Shown here: piece after piece, positions 26,926 to 37,068 of the stretch
How positions within the stretch are numbered: the stretch's first letter is position 1
How the letters are laid out: each line of letters starts with the position of its first letter
Program-made: the position numbers and the translations under genes
Notes under the pieces: generated by a model
Told to the model about the DNA's origin: nothing
What the model saw: the letters and a program-made list of their open reading frames with translations, nothing else
The model's database searches: none
Assembly (NCBI GenBank): GCA_963667175.2
Contig: CAXXXF010000016.1
Coordinates: forward strand, 288,001 to 352,000
DNA length: 64,000 nucleotides
Source of the DNA: Candidatus Latescibacterota bacterium
GTDB lineage: Bacteria > Latescibacterota > UBA2968 > GCA-2709665
Reading direction: 5' to 3'

Positions 26926-29356
26926 CGATCGCCTCCTGACGTCTGACCCGCTGCCTCAATATCTCCAATGCCATCGAGACCTCCCGGTCGGCGGGCGTCA
27001 TCCGCAGGAGGAATTCCAGATCCGTGGCTGCGCCTTTAAGGTCTCCAGTACGTTCTCTGCACGCGGCCCTGTTAAAGAGGGCACGCTCGACGCCGACGTC
27101 GCTTTCGATCATCCGAGTATAGAGGACAGTTGCCGAATCGTAACGGCCTATTTGCATCTGCAGTTCCGCCACGGCGCCCAGACGCGTTTCTTCGTCGATC
27201 TGCTGTGAATCCAGCACCACGTTCAGCAACCGCTGCGTCTCCTCAGGTCGGTCCAATCGATGCATCAGTTCGGCCATCAACACGAACCCCTGCCAGTGCT
27301 CGGGCGGCAGCGCTCGCGCCTCGCAGAATTGCAGAATCTCGTATGCGCCGACGCGGTCACCCCGTTCGACCATCACTTCCGCGAGGTGAAAGAACACCGC
27401 CGGGTAATTGGCTAGCAGGTTCCGCGCGGTCCGATTGCGATGCACCGCCGGGTCCGGCACGCCTCGATACCGATAAAGGTCCAGCAAGTGCCTTCTGGTT
27501 TTCTGGACGTTAACCGGCGTGGCGTTTCGCCTCGACAGGCGAAACACCATGCCTTCCATTTCCAGGAAATCCTGCAGCCCCATCCTGTTGTCGACCGGCA
27601 CGGTCAACGCGAAATATACCGGTCTTTCCCACTGGTTCCAATCCACAATCTTCAATACCATGACATCCTGTACCCGCAATATCCTGCCGGGCATTCCCCG
27701 CACGGTCCATTTCAGCCCGGCCGCCTGAACGTCACGCGCCTCCGGCCAGAACCGCCCGGACTTTCTGATTGCCATCGGCGTATGGACCGTCAATACTTGA
27801 TCGATATAGTCGTCCGTATAACGAATGGAAACCTTCGGCGCCAGATCCCTCAACTGCTTGATATACCAGGGCGTATTCAGCAGGCTCAAGTTTACGACGC
27901 GGACGTCCTTTCGGAGCCCCATCACCTCCTGCTGGAACCATAGCGGAAAACTGTCGTTATCCGCGTTGGTAAACAGGATCGCGTCGGGATCGCAGGATTT
28001 CAGGATATTCGCCGCGTAGTCGTATGCAAAACGGTTCCCGGTCCGGTCGTGGGTCGGATAGAGGCTCGCGGCCAACCCGCCCGGCATCGCGAGCAGAAGG
28101 CAGGCGGCGGCAAATGCCGAGGCCCTGCCGCGAAGGCGGAACGCTCCGCGCATTACAGCCGACGCGCCGATGCCCATCCACACCGCAAACAATCCGAAGG
28201 ACCCCACGAAAACGTAGTCGCGCTCCCTCGGCTGCGGGTCTTCCATGTTGAGATAGACCGACAACCCGATGCCCGAAAGCAAAAAAAGCGAGGAAAGAGC
28301 CCAGAAGCGACCTCGGTCGCGGCGCCAGTGTTCCCACATGCCCCAGCATCCCAGGAGGTACGGCACGACTGAAATTCGAACTAGCTGTAGGTCGTGAGAA
28401 GTTGCCTGTCGGAACGCGTCCGACGTGAACCGCAGCCCCGGCGCCGGAAACTGCGCGACGAAGTACTTAATGTACATCGTCAGGATCTGGAAGTCCCAGA
28501 ATGGCGCCTTCCGATCGAATACACCCAGCAGCATACTTTCCGCACCGTATTGTTCGCGCGCGAGAAACCTGATGAAATTGGCCCACGTCTCCGGGTTGTT
28601 CTCGTCGATCATGGGATTCAGCCCCGACCGGATGTAGAGCGAGGCGTACGTCGAGTACCCCGCAACGAACAAGAGCGTCGCAGATGCCCAGATTCGCGGG
28701 TCTCGCAATATCCCGGGATTCCGAATCCAGATCAATACAAGCAACGTGGGCACGGTCAATAAACACAGCAGGTGCACGCCGCCCGCCAGGCCCATCAAAT
28801 AGGCGATGAACAACAGTATCCGGTGGAGGTCTCCGTCATCGGCGCGTTCCATCCATCTCAACCCAAGCCATAGGGACAGCGTCATCAGCATCGTGGAAAA
28901 TCCGTACACCTCGGTCTCTACGGCATTGTACCAGAAGGTGTCCGAAAACGCCAGCATCAGCGCGGCCACACTGCCCCCGATGGCACGGGACACACAGTGT
29001 GTACGCCCCTCGCCGCCTTCCCGACACAGCAGGATCAGCCGGACCGTGATCAGATATACGAACAATACCGCGAGCGCGCTCGTAATTGCCGAGATGAGAT
29101 TCATGGGAAACGCGGGGTCGTCGCCGACCGGCAACAACGTAAACAGACGGCCGATCAGCAAATAGAGCGGCGCGCCCGGCGGGTGCGGTATGCCCAGCGA
29201 ATACGCGCACGCGACGAATTCCCCCGAGTCCCAGAACGAGACCGTCGGGGCCGCGGTCCGGACAAACACCGCCAACGAAATCAGAAAGACGCCTGCGGCG
29301 CCCATCCGTATGAGACCGCGTCCGGCGGCCGGATCGTCTGAAAGTGGCCTGGTCAA
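26915..29356 (-). CDS. DUF2723 (TMEM260-like GT-C) membrane glycosyltransferase with C-terminal TPR region
   Basis: APTVSFWDSGEF, IPHPPGAPL, FWYNAVETEVY, REQYG, QPRERDYVF, FTNADNDSFPLW, VVNLSLLNTPWY. Confidence 0.88.
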   Translation of the reverse strand: MTRPLSDDPAAGRGLIRMGAAGVFLISLAVFVRTAAPTVSFWDSGEFVACAYSLGIPHPPGAPLYLLIGRLFTLLPVGDDPAFPMNLISAITSALAVLFVYLITVRLILLCREGGEGRTHCVSRAIGGSVAALMLAFSDTFWYNAVETEVYGFSTMLMTLSLWLGLRWMERADDGDLHRILLFIAYLMGLAGGVHLLCLLTVPTLLVLIWIRNPGILRDPRIWASATLLFVAGYSTYASLYIRSGLNPMIDENNPETWANFIRFLAREQYGAESMLLGVFDRKAPFWDFQILTMYIKYFVAQFPAPGLRFTSDAFRQATSHDLQLVRISVVPYLLGCWGMWEHWRRDRGRFWALSSLFLLSGIGLSVYLNMEDPQPRERDYVFVGSFGLFAVWMGIGASAVMRGAFRLRGRASAFAAACLLLAMPGGLAASLYPTHDRTGNRFAYDYAANILKSCDPDAILFTNADNDSFPLWFQQEVMGLRKDVRVVNLSLLNTPWYIKQLRDLAPKVSIRYTDDYIDQVLTVHTPMAIRKSGRFWPEARDVQAAGLKWTVRGMPGRILRVQDVMVLKIVDWNQWERPVYFALTVPVDNRMGLQDFLEMEGMVFRLSRRNATPVNVQKTRRHLLDLYRYRGVPDPAVHRNRTARNLLANYPAVFFHLAEVMVERGDRVGAYEILQFCEARALPPEHWQGFVLMAELMHRLDRPEETQRLLNVVLDSQQIDEETRLGAVAELQMQIGRYDSATVLYTRMIESDVGVERALFNRAACRERTGDLKGAATDLEFLLRMTPADREVSMALEILRQRVRRQEAIDGH

Positions 29357-29507
29357 CCGTGTGTCCTCGATTTTGTCATTGGGAATCGCTCCAGTCCTTC
29401 AGACGCCGCCAGGCCGTATGGGTTCAATGCGCATCGGGGGAAAGTTCATCTCCATGGCATTCTGGTCCGGATTGCCGAGCCTCGTTCTCGACGTCCTCGC
29501 CCGACGT

Positions 29508-30929
29508 TTACGCGATGGCGCCCGTCCCCGAATCCTCGGGAGCTTCGATGACACGCATCGATTTCCACTTGCCGCCCCTGAACCGCATCATAAAGATCAA
29601 GCCGCCCGCAACAAGATAAAGGCTGATGAATACCCAGGCGAAGTAAAGACCCCACCCGAAAGTCACAACCGACAGGTAGGTCGGCAGGACCATCACAAAC
29701 CAGCCGAGCGCGACCGACGCAAACATGACAAACCGCGTATCTCCCGCGCCCTTCACGCCGGCCGAGAAGACGATATAAAGCGCATCGAACACGCAGTAGA
29801 ACGCAACAAACCGCAACAGGACGACGGATATTTCCCAGACCTGTTCGAACGTCTCGGGATCGGCGCCGGAAATATACGGCCGCAGAAAGAGACCCGGCGC
29901 GAAGACGTACCCTGCGGCCATCACCAGCATATACGCCAGGCTGAGATGCGCCGCCGACCAGGTGCTGCGTTCCGCCAGGTCCGCCCTGTCCTTGCCCAGG
30001 TATTGCCCAACGAGCGTTGAAACCGCGATACCCAGACCCATCATCGGCAGGAACGCGAGCGTATTGACGTTGAACGTCACACTCGTGGCCGCCAGCGCCG
30101 TCGTTCCCAGTTTGCCGACCAGCAGGATGAACATTGAAAAGCCCAGTATCTCCAGCATGAATTGAACGCCGTTCGGCAAACCGAAACGCACAAGCCTGCG
30201 CAACAACCCGCTTTCCGGCCGCCACCCGCTCAACGTGTGAAAGTCGCTTCGGTATCGGGGCCGCATCATCAGGATGAAGAACACAACTGGGATCAGGAGG
30301 TGCGATACGACCGACGCCCAGGCGGCTCCTCGAATGCCCCATTCGGGGAACCCCCAGTGGCCGAATATCCACGCATAGTCCAGGACGACGTTCAGCCCGT
30401 TCGCAAGTAAATTCACCCACAGGACCGTCCGTGTGTCCCCCCGCCCGCTGAAAAACGAGGAGATCGCAATCCCGGTGATCCCAAGCCCCATGAAGCACAG
30501 AATTCTGAAATATTCCGCCTCGAGCGCGCGTATCCGTGGCTCATGCCCGGCCCACTCGAAGAAATGAGCGGAAAACGGCATGAGACACAAAATGAGCACC
30601 CCGGAGACAAGTCCGACATATATCCCCTGCCACACCGCCGGGCCGATCCTGTCACACCGGTCCGCCCCCCAGTACTGGGCGACGAATGTATTCACATAGG
30701 CGACCGTACCGATGAAAAGACTCGAGAAGGTGAAGTGCAACATGCCCGCCGGCAGACTGGCCGCCAGTACGTCCCGGCCGTACCAGCTCAGGAATACCCG
30801 ATCCACGAAGATCTGCAGGCTCCACGACCCCGTGCTCAGAATGAGTGGCGCCGCCATTCGCAGCACGTCCCTGTAACCGCCCGGTTCATGCCAACGGGAA
30901 ATCATGGAAACCTCATCGGACCCGGGCAT
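29508..30929 (-). CDS. MATE family efflux transporter
   Basis: Two-fold repeat with FFSGRGDT / GVKGAGDT, NVVLDYAWIFG, GIRGAAWAS; many TM helices. Start uncertain. Confidence 0.92.
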   Translation of the reverse strand: MPGSDEVSMISRWHEPGGYRDVLRMAAPLILSTGSWSLQIFVDRVFLSWYGRDVLAASLPAGMLHFTFSSLFIGTVAYVNTFVAQYWGADRCDRIGPAVWQGIYVGLVSGVLILCLMPFSAHFFEWAGHEPRIRALEAEYFRILCFMGLGITGIAISSFFSGRGDTRTVLWVNLLANGLNVVLDYAWIFGHWGFPEWGIRGAAWASVVSHLLIPVVFFILMMRPRYRSDFHTLSGWRPESGLLRRLVRFGLPNGVQFMLEILGFSMFILLVGKLGTTALAATSVTFNVNTLAFLPMMGLGIAVSTLVGQYLGKDRADLAERSTWSAAHLSLAYMLVMAAGYVFAPGLFLRPYISGADPETFEQVWEISVVLLRFVAFYCVFDALYIVFSAGVKGAGDTRFVMFASVALGWFVMVLPTYLSVVTFGWGLYFAWVFISLYLVAGGLIFMMRFRGGKWKSMRVIEAPEDSGTGAIA

Positions 30930-31137
30930 GGTCGTCAGCCCCCACACGCAACCTGAAAGACAGGATGCGCCGCCCCGAAGACGTGAAGACACATCGATGG
31001 ACGGCGATATGGGAGGGCGGTGCGGGCGGTCGCAACGTCTGAGCCATTTTTCTCTTGTCGGGCAATGACGCCGTTTGTAGATTCGCTGAACGGAACGGGC
31101 CGGCGAACGGACGATTTCACTTCCGGGGCCATGAGCG

Positions 31138-32511
31138 ATGATTTATGACGTCGTCATTATAGGTGGAGGCAGCGCGGGCTACGCCGCCGCTCGCGTCGCC
31201 GCCGACAACGGCGCCAGCGTCGCCATAGTCGACAAGGGTCCGCTCGGCGGCCTTTGCATCCTGCGCGGCTGCATGCCCTCCAAGACGCTGCTCCGCAGTT
31301 CGGATCTTTTGTCGCTGATGAAACGGGCCGGAGAATTCGGCCTGATCGCCCGCGAAATCGCGCCGGACCTGGCCGCCGTCAACGACCGAAAACGAAGGCT
31401 GGTGGACGAATTCGCAGCATACAGGGTTGCGCAGCTCAATAGCCCGAAATTCACTCTGTTAAAGGGACTGGCGCGGTTCGAATCGCCGAACACCGTTCGC
31501 GTTGGCAACGCGAGGGTCCGCGGACGGCGCTTTGTCATTGCCGTGGGTTCCGTTGTCAGCAAAGTCTCCGTTCCCGGGCTGAATGAAGCCGGCTTTCTCA
31601 CAAGCGACGACGTCCTGGAACTTCGGGAACTTCCCGAATCCGTCATCGTACTGGGAGGGGGCGCCGTCGCAACCGAACTTGGCCAGTTCCTTTGCCGGAT
31701 GGGGGCCCGGACCACGCTGATCCAAAGAAACAGCCAGTTGATCAGCGCCTGCGATCCGGACATGGTCCGCCCCGTGGAGACCCGCTTCAGAGAAGAAGGC
31801 ATGCAGATTTTCACCGGCGCCTCTCTCCAGCGTGTCACCAGAACAGGTCACCGTACCACTGTGCACTTCCTTCACCGCGGGGAGCCGCTTACAACTTCGG
31901 CCGAGGTAGTCTTCAATGCACTGGGACGCACGCCGGACCTCGCCGGTCTGGCGCTGGAACGCGCGGGCGTTGACGTCGCGAACGGACGAATCGTCGCCAG
32001 CGATCTCATGCAGACCAGCGCGGAACACGTCTTCGCCGCCGGCGACTGCGTGGGTCCTTACGAAATCGTACATATCGCCGTGTTGCAGGGTGAGATCTGT
32101 GGTCATAATGCCGTAGCGGACGTGCCCGACAAGAGGATCGACTATCGTCTGCGGACGTCGGTTGTCTTCACTGATCCGCAGGTGGCCTCGGTCGGACCGA
32201 CCGAAAGAGAATGCCGGAGCGCGGGCATTGTTTATCTGTCGGCAGAATATCCGTTCAGCGATCATGGCAAATCGCTTGTGATGGGAGAAACGCACGGCGC
32301 CGTGAAGCTCCTCTGCCATCCCCAAAGCGGCGAACTCATCGCCGGTCATATCACAGGCCCGGACGCTTCCGAACTTATCCATGAACTCGCCGCGGTAATC
32401 TACTACCGGGGCACCGTCTTCGATCTCCTCGAAATTCCACACTACCATCCTACGCTCGCCGAGATCATCACCTACCCTGCCGAAGAACTCGCCGGCATCC
32501 TGACCCGCTAG
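31138..32511 (+). CDS. Pyridine nucleotide-disulfide oxidoreductase (dihydrolipoyl dehydrogenase/MerA-like)
   Basis: GGGSAG, redox disulfide GGLCILRGCMPSK, GGGAVATE, AAGDC, HYHPTLAE. No C-terminal Cys-Cys as in MerA. Confidence 0.88.
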   Translation: MIYDVVIIGGGSAGYAAARVAADNGASVAIVDKGPLGGLCILRGCMPSKTLLRSSDLLSLMKRAGEFGLIAREIAPDLAAVNDRKRRLVDEFAAYRVAQLNSPKFTLLKGLARFESPNTVRVGNARVRGRRFVIAVGSVVSKVSVPGLNEAGFLTSDDVLELRELPESVIVLGGGAVATELGQFLCRMGARTTLIQRNSQLISACDPDMVRPVETRFREEGMQIFTGASLQRVTRTGHRTTVHFLHRGEPLTTSAEVVFNALGRTPDLAGLALERAGVDVANGRIVASDLMQTSAEHVFAAGDCVGPYEIVHIAVLQGEICGHNAVADVPDKRIDYRLRTSVVFTDPQVASVGPTERECRSAGIVYLSAEYPFSDHGKSLVMGETHGAVKLLCHPQSGELIAGHITGPDASELIHELAAVIYYRGTVFDLLEIPHYHPTLAEIITYPAEELAGILTR

Positions 32512-32519
32512 CCGAACCG

Positions 32520-33884
32520 TCACCCTTGCCCGTCACGGCGGCGCCCCGGTTCGTTCAGGCGGTGCACGAAGAATACGGTCATGGGCACGAACGCCAGGGC
32601 GATCCAGAACATGGGCCGATACGAAATCCACGCCACGAGCAAACCGGCCAGCACCGGCAGAAACCCCTGAGGCAATGCAAACATGTTCAGAAAGCTGGTA
32701 TACGTGGGACGACGGTTTTCCGGCGCGAGTTCCAGCACATAGGCCATACGGCCGTTAAACATCGCGCTGCTGGCGAACCCTGAAAACACAAACGTAAGAG
32801 AAAAAAACATGACTTGCGGATTCAACGACCACGCAACGCCCCAGTTCGCCAGAGGCGCGACGTCGATCGACGGCACGTACCTGGCCAGCAGGGGCACGGC
32901 GACGGACAGCGCCATCAGATAGGACCCGTACACCAGCAACGTACGGTTGCCGCTCCGATGCCCTACGTGCGCCCAGAGGGCATTCGACAGCACGGTGCTG
33001 ATCTGCATGACCGTCACAAAAACGCCGACGTAGACCAGCCCCTGGCCCAGGTCGGTGATCGCGTAGGGAACATAGAATGGCGCGCCCATCATCATAAAGG
33101 ACCACAGGACCTGCATCCCGCACAACCGACGGTAATTGACATCGTTCCTGAGCAGCCGTATCCCGCTGCTCAGATAGCTGGAGAGCGGCTGCCGGAGATA
33201 CCGCACCGGGCCCACCGGTTCCCGAATTCTGCTGAATACGAACACCGAGAGCGCGTTTCCGAGACCCGCCAGCAGAAACAACGCCGCATAGTTCGATGGA
33301 AACGGAATCCCGGCCTGCTCGCTGAGCACGTACGAAATCAGTCCCCCCGCCGCCATGGCCGTGATGCCCCCGCAAAGCCGACGTACGGCGAACAGACGCG
33401 ACCGGTCGCCCGGCGGGACGACCTTTGCGACGATATCCATCCAGGGGACGTTCCATATACCCATCATGGACGTGGATACCGCATAGAGGACCATGAAACA
33501 GGAAAGAAAATAAAAGGGCTGACGACCTCCCATCAGGTACGTCAGCCCTGCAATCACCATCCAGACGGTACTGCGCATCCCGCCTGCCAGTAGCAGAAAG
33601 GGCATTTTGCGTTTTTTGATTTCGATAATCCGGGAAATGAACACCTGAGGCCATGCCCACCCGATCCGCATCAGGGCCCCGGCCAGTCCGATGGCAACGC
33701 TCGAGGATGTCAGCGACTGAACGAAAGCCGGAAGCACCATATCCGAACTGGCGAGTGTCATCGACATGAAGACCAGGCCGCCGTTCAGAATCAGGAGCCG
33801 GCTGTTCCGGCGCACCTCCGCGGGGTCCGTTTCTCCGGACTCGGCCGCCGCCCGCCTCCAGTGCGCAGATGAGAATTCTCTCAT
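32520..33884 (-). CDS. MFS transporter
   Basis: Many hydrophobic segments, WMDIVAKVVPPGDRSRLF, ELAPENRRPTY. Confidence 0.85.
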   Translation of the reverse strand: MREFSSAHWRRAAAESGETDPAEVRRNSRLLILNGGLVFMSMTLASSDMVLPAFVQSLTSSSVAIGLAGALMRIGWAWPQVFISRIIEIKKRKMPFLLLAGGMRSTVWMVIAGLTYLMGGRQPFYFLSCFMVLYAVSTSMMGIWNVPWMDIVAKVVPPGDRSRLFAVRRLCGGITAMAAGGLISYVLSEQAGIPFPSNYAALFLLAGLGNALSVFVFSRIREPVGPVRYLRQPLSSYLSSGIRLLRNDVNYRRLCGMQVLWSFMMMGAPFYVPYAITDLGQGLVYVGVFVTVMQISTVLSNALWAHVGHRSGNRTLLVYGSYLMALSVAVPLLARYVPSIDVAPLANWGVAWSLNPQVMFFSLTFVFSGFASSAMFNGRMAYVLELAPENRRPTYTSFLNMFALPQGFLPVLAGLLVAWISYRPMFWIALAFVPMTVFFVHRLNEPGRRRDGQG

Positions 33885-33971
33885 TCCGGTTGCTTCCGTT
33901 CCTCAGGCGCCCGGGAGCCGGGCAGGTCCCCCTCTTCTGTAATGACTCGCGGCGGCGCGCCGCGGGACGTC

Positions 33972-35600
33972 TCATATTCCAATCGCGTAGCCGTCCCGTC
34001 TCGGGTCCGCCCCCCCCATCAGTGCGCCGCTTTCCGGGTCTACGGCAATTCCCTGCGCCCCGCCGGTTACGTGCGAATACGCACCGACAACGTCAATCTG
34101 ATGTCCGCGGCGAATCAGGCCGGCCCGGATTTCTTCAGGCACGCGGGACTCCATATAGACGCGGGTACCGGCGTGTTGAAAGCGGAACCGGGGCGCCTCG
34201 ATCGCCGCCTGAACGTTCATTCCGTAGTCCAGGAGATTCGTCGTGAACTGCGTGGTCGTCTGTTGAATTCCCCAGCTTCCCGGCGTACCAAGTGCCGCCA
34301 CGAGCCTGCTGTCTTTGAACACCTGACATGGCGAAAGACACATATCGATTTTCTTATGCGGCTCGATGCAATTGGGGCTTCCGGGCACCGTATCCGCCCA
34401 TTTGATGAAGTTGTTCAGGAACATCCCCGTGTTTCCGATGATTTCCCCGGACCCGAACCCGGATCCCAGACTCTGCGTTACCGCCACCGCGTTTCCCGCC
34501 GCGTCGGCAACGTCGAAGTGGGTCGTGCATTCGTGAAGCCAGTCGCCCGGCTGTCCCGGGGCAATTTCACCGGGAAGACCGACCGCCGCGAAATATTCAC
34601 CACGGTTTACCGTGGCCCGTTCGCCGATAAGCCCCCTGCGTTCATTCGCATATGCCTTTGAAAGCAGTCCGTCCGCAGGCGCTTCCGACGCCGCCGCGAA
34701 AGCCACCCGATCGGCATTGCCCAGCTTCAGGATCTCGATAAAGAGATGGAGCGCCTCCTCCGAATGATGGCCCAAATCCTTCAGATCGTAGCCCTCCAGC
34801 ATATTCAACGCCTGCAGGATGTGAAATCCTGCGCTTGGCAGCGGCGGGCAGAACACCCGGAATTCGCGGTAGGGTGTTGAAATGGCGTCCTCCCATGCAA
34901 CCTCGAAATCCGCGAGGTCTCTCGCGGAGAGTAGTCCGCCCCCGCCCTGCACGTATCCGGCAATTTCCGATCCGAGATCTCCGCCGTAGAACGCCTCCGC
35001 GCCGCCTTCCACCACCCTCCTCAGTGTGCGGGCCAGATCGTTCTGGATCAGGATATCCCCCGCACGAGGCGCCCGTCCACGACTCAGTATCACCTCGGCG
35101 CCCGTAGGCCGCATTCGGGGCACGGCGTCGTCGATGAATCCGGCATTCTTGACCGTCGCCGCGAATCCGTTTTCCGCCAGTTCGATTGCCGGGCCGAACA
35201 CGGTCGCCCGGTCCATCGTACCGTATTTTTCGAGAATCTCGAGCCAGCCTCCACAGGCGCCCGGAACCAGGCAGGACATAACGCCGCCTTCCTGAAAATC
35301 CGGTGACGCGAAGGCCTCGGAGGTGGCGTCGTGAGGGGTGCGCCCGCAGTAATCCAGGACGCGCACGCGGTCTTCCGCGGCGGAATAGATAAGCGCGTAT
35401 CCAACCCCTGCGATACCCGACATATAGGGTTCGACGACATTCAGCGCCGCCGCGACAGCAACCGCGGCGTCGAATGCATTGCCATGTTCAAGGAGCATGC
35501 GAATTCCGGCCAGGCTCGCCAGGGGATGTGCGCTGGCAACCATTCCCCGGGTGCCCGTCACCGTGGGCCGATGTACCGTTCCGGCAGATGCAAACGCCAT
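33972..35600 (-). CDS. ggt: Gamma-glutamyltransferase family (Ntn hydrolase)
   Basis: GNAFDAAVA, VVEPYMSGIAG, autoprocessing Thr in CTTHFDVADAAGNAV, GTPG, GGADPRRDG. Confidence 0.93.
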   Translation of the reverse strand: MAFASAGTVHRPTVTGTRGMVASAHPLASLAGIRMLLEHGNAFDAAVAVAAALNVVEPYMSGIAGVGYALIYSAAEDRVRVLDYCGRTPHDATSEAFASPDFQEGGVMSCLVPGACGGWLEILEKYGTMDRATVFGPAIELAENGFAATVKNAGFIDDAVPRMRPTGAEVILSRGRAPRAGDILIQNDLARTLRRVVEGGAEAFYGGDLGSEIAGYVQGGGGLLSARDLADFEVAWEDAISTPYREFRVFCPPLPSAGFHILQALNMLEGYDLKDLGHHSEEALHLFIEILKLGNADRVAFAAASEAPADGLLSKAYANERRGLIGERATVNRGEYFAAVGLPGEIAPGQPGDWLHECTTHFDVADAAGNAVAVTQSLGSGFGSGEIIGNTGMFLNNFIKWADTVPGSPNCIEPHKKIDMCLSPCQVFKDSRLVAALGTPGSWGIQQTTTQFTTNLLDYGMNVQAAIEAPRFRFQHAGTRVYMESRVPEEIRAGLIRRGHQIDVVGAYSHVTGGAQGIAVDPESGALMGGADPRRDGYAIGI

Positions 35601-35780
35601 GGATTCAGTTCCTTAACCAGAATGCCCCCGGCTCGGGATCAGCGGGGGGCCTGTGGCACCGTTGCCGTTGTCATGCCCAAAAGGACGTCTGCAGTTGATT
35701 TCATCTCCCGGCAATCCGAATGGATTCCGAATCCCGCCAGGGTAAGGGATCGGGTACTTCGACGTCTCCCGTGTACGCGG

Positions 35781-35809
35781 AAGATAGGCTATGGCGAATG
35801 GCAAGTCAA
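35781..35809 (-). promoter_or_regulatory. Putative sigma70 promoter for ggt-MFS, implying a long (~175 nt) leader
   Basis: Minus strand TTGACT-17 nt-TATCTT. Confidence 0.55.
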
Positions 35810-35940
35810 TGCCCGTTTCCCTCGCCCGTTTGGGTTCGTCAGCCACGTTTCTGCTTGACAACGCAGGTCGATCATGGCTTTTTATACGACTTCTGAATGA
35901 CCGCCCCTGCCAGCGTTTCAATTTTCCGGACAGACCCGCC

Positions 35941-36972
35941 ATGAATCGAGGATTTCCCATCATACCGACCAGCGTGATCGGAAGCTACGCGCTGCCAGGC
36001 TGGTTCTGGACAGCCGTGGACCAGATCGAAAAAGGCGAGTACGGCCCCACCGACGCTCGAGAGACCTATGAGGACGCCACCCACCTCGCGCTGCTGGATC
36101 AGAAAAGAGCGGGCGTGGACCTGATTACTGACGGCGAGATGCGGCGCTGGTTTTTCATCCAGAACTTCTACCGCCGGTTCAGCGGCCTTGCGTCACGACC
36201 CACGTTACGGCGCACGGGCGTTTACGGATACGACAGCGTCCCGCGTTGGTGGCCGGAAGAACGCATCAGCGTGCCCGATGGTCTTGGAATTGTCGAGGAG
36301 TTTCAATTCGCAAGGTCGGTTACCGATCATCCGTTAAAGGCCACCTGCCCGGGACCATTGACGCTTACCATACACATCCAGCTGAAAGACGACCACGTCT
36401 ACAAGGACCGGATCGAACTCGCGTACGAGTTCGCGGGCGTGGTAAACCATGAATTGAAGCGCCTCGCCGCGGCCGGGGCAGAATTCATCCAGCTGGACGA
36501 ACCCTCGTTTTCCATTGTGCCCGGAGACGCCGGCAGCTGGATCGACCTGTTCAATGAGACCGTAAAGGGCGTTGACGCGAAGATCGGTCTGCACATCTGT
36601 TTCGGTAACCTCGGCAGCCGCCCGCGGGGCAAACGCCGGTACGACTGGTTGTTGGACGACATCCAGCGGGCCGATGCGCAACAGATTTCGCTGGAATTCG
36701 CCAATCGCGAACTCGCGGAACTGGAACTCTGCGGGGAAATTGCGAAGGAGAAAGAGGTCGCGGCAGGGCTGGTCGACGTGAAGTCATTCTACGTTGAAAC
36801 CCCCAACGACGTCGCTGAGAGGGTGCGGCTGGCGCTTCGGCACGTCCCGCCCGAAAAACTCACGGTAACGCCCGACTGCGGTTTTTTTCAGCTTCCCAGG
36901 TGGCTGGCCTTTCAGAAACTCCGCAATATGGTCACGGGCGTGAAGATTGTTCGCGGGGAATTGACAGGATAG
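35941..36972 (+). CDS. Cobalamin-independent methionine synthase II family (MetE C-terminal-only) Zn enzyme
   Basis: TSVIGSY, TDGEMRR, IQLDEP, Zn ligands HICFGN / LEFA / PDCG. Confidence 0.85.
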   Translation: MNRGFPIIPTSVIGSYALPGWFWTAVDQIEKGEYGPTDARETYEDATHLALLDQKRAGVDLITDGEMRRWFFIQNFYRRFSGLASRPTLRRTGVYGYDSVPRWWPEERISVPDGLGIVEEFQFARSVTDHPLKATCPGPLTLTIHIQLKDDHVYKDRIELAYEFAGVVNHELKRLAAAGAEFIQLDEPSFSIVPGDAGSWIDLFNETVKGVDAKIGLHICFGNLGSRPRGKRRYDWLLDDIQRADAQQISLEFANRELAELELCGEIAKEKEVAAGLVDVKSFYVETPNDVAERVRLALRHVPPEKLTVTPDCGFFQLPRWLAFQKLRNMVTGVKIVRGELTG

Positions 36973-37068
36973 GCATTCCTGACGGAATACAAAGACCCCT
37001 GCGGTGGCCAACCTCCCGTGCTTTCTGAAATACTCATTCCAACGGGGGAACTCGTAGAGGAACCCAAT

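Noticed and set aside
31138-32511. Mercuric reductase call
   Set aside because: No NmerA domain, no C-terminal Cys-Cys and no mer genes nearby; HxHPTxxE indicates a lipoamide dehydrogenase-like enzyme.
35640-35680. CGGCAAC...GGTGCC on the minus strand resembling SAM-I riboswitch P3
   Set aside because: No ATC-AGAG P1/J1-2, kink-turn or pseudoknot elements, and no room for a P3 stem; not called as SAM-I.
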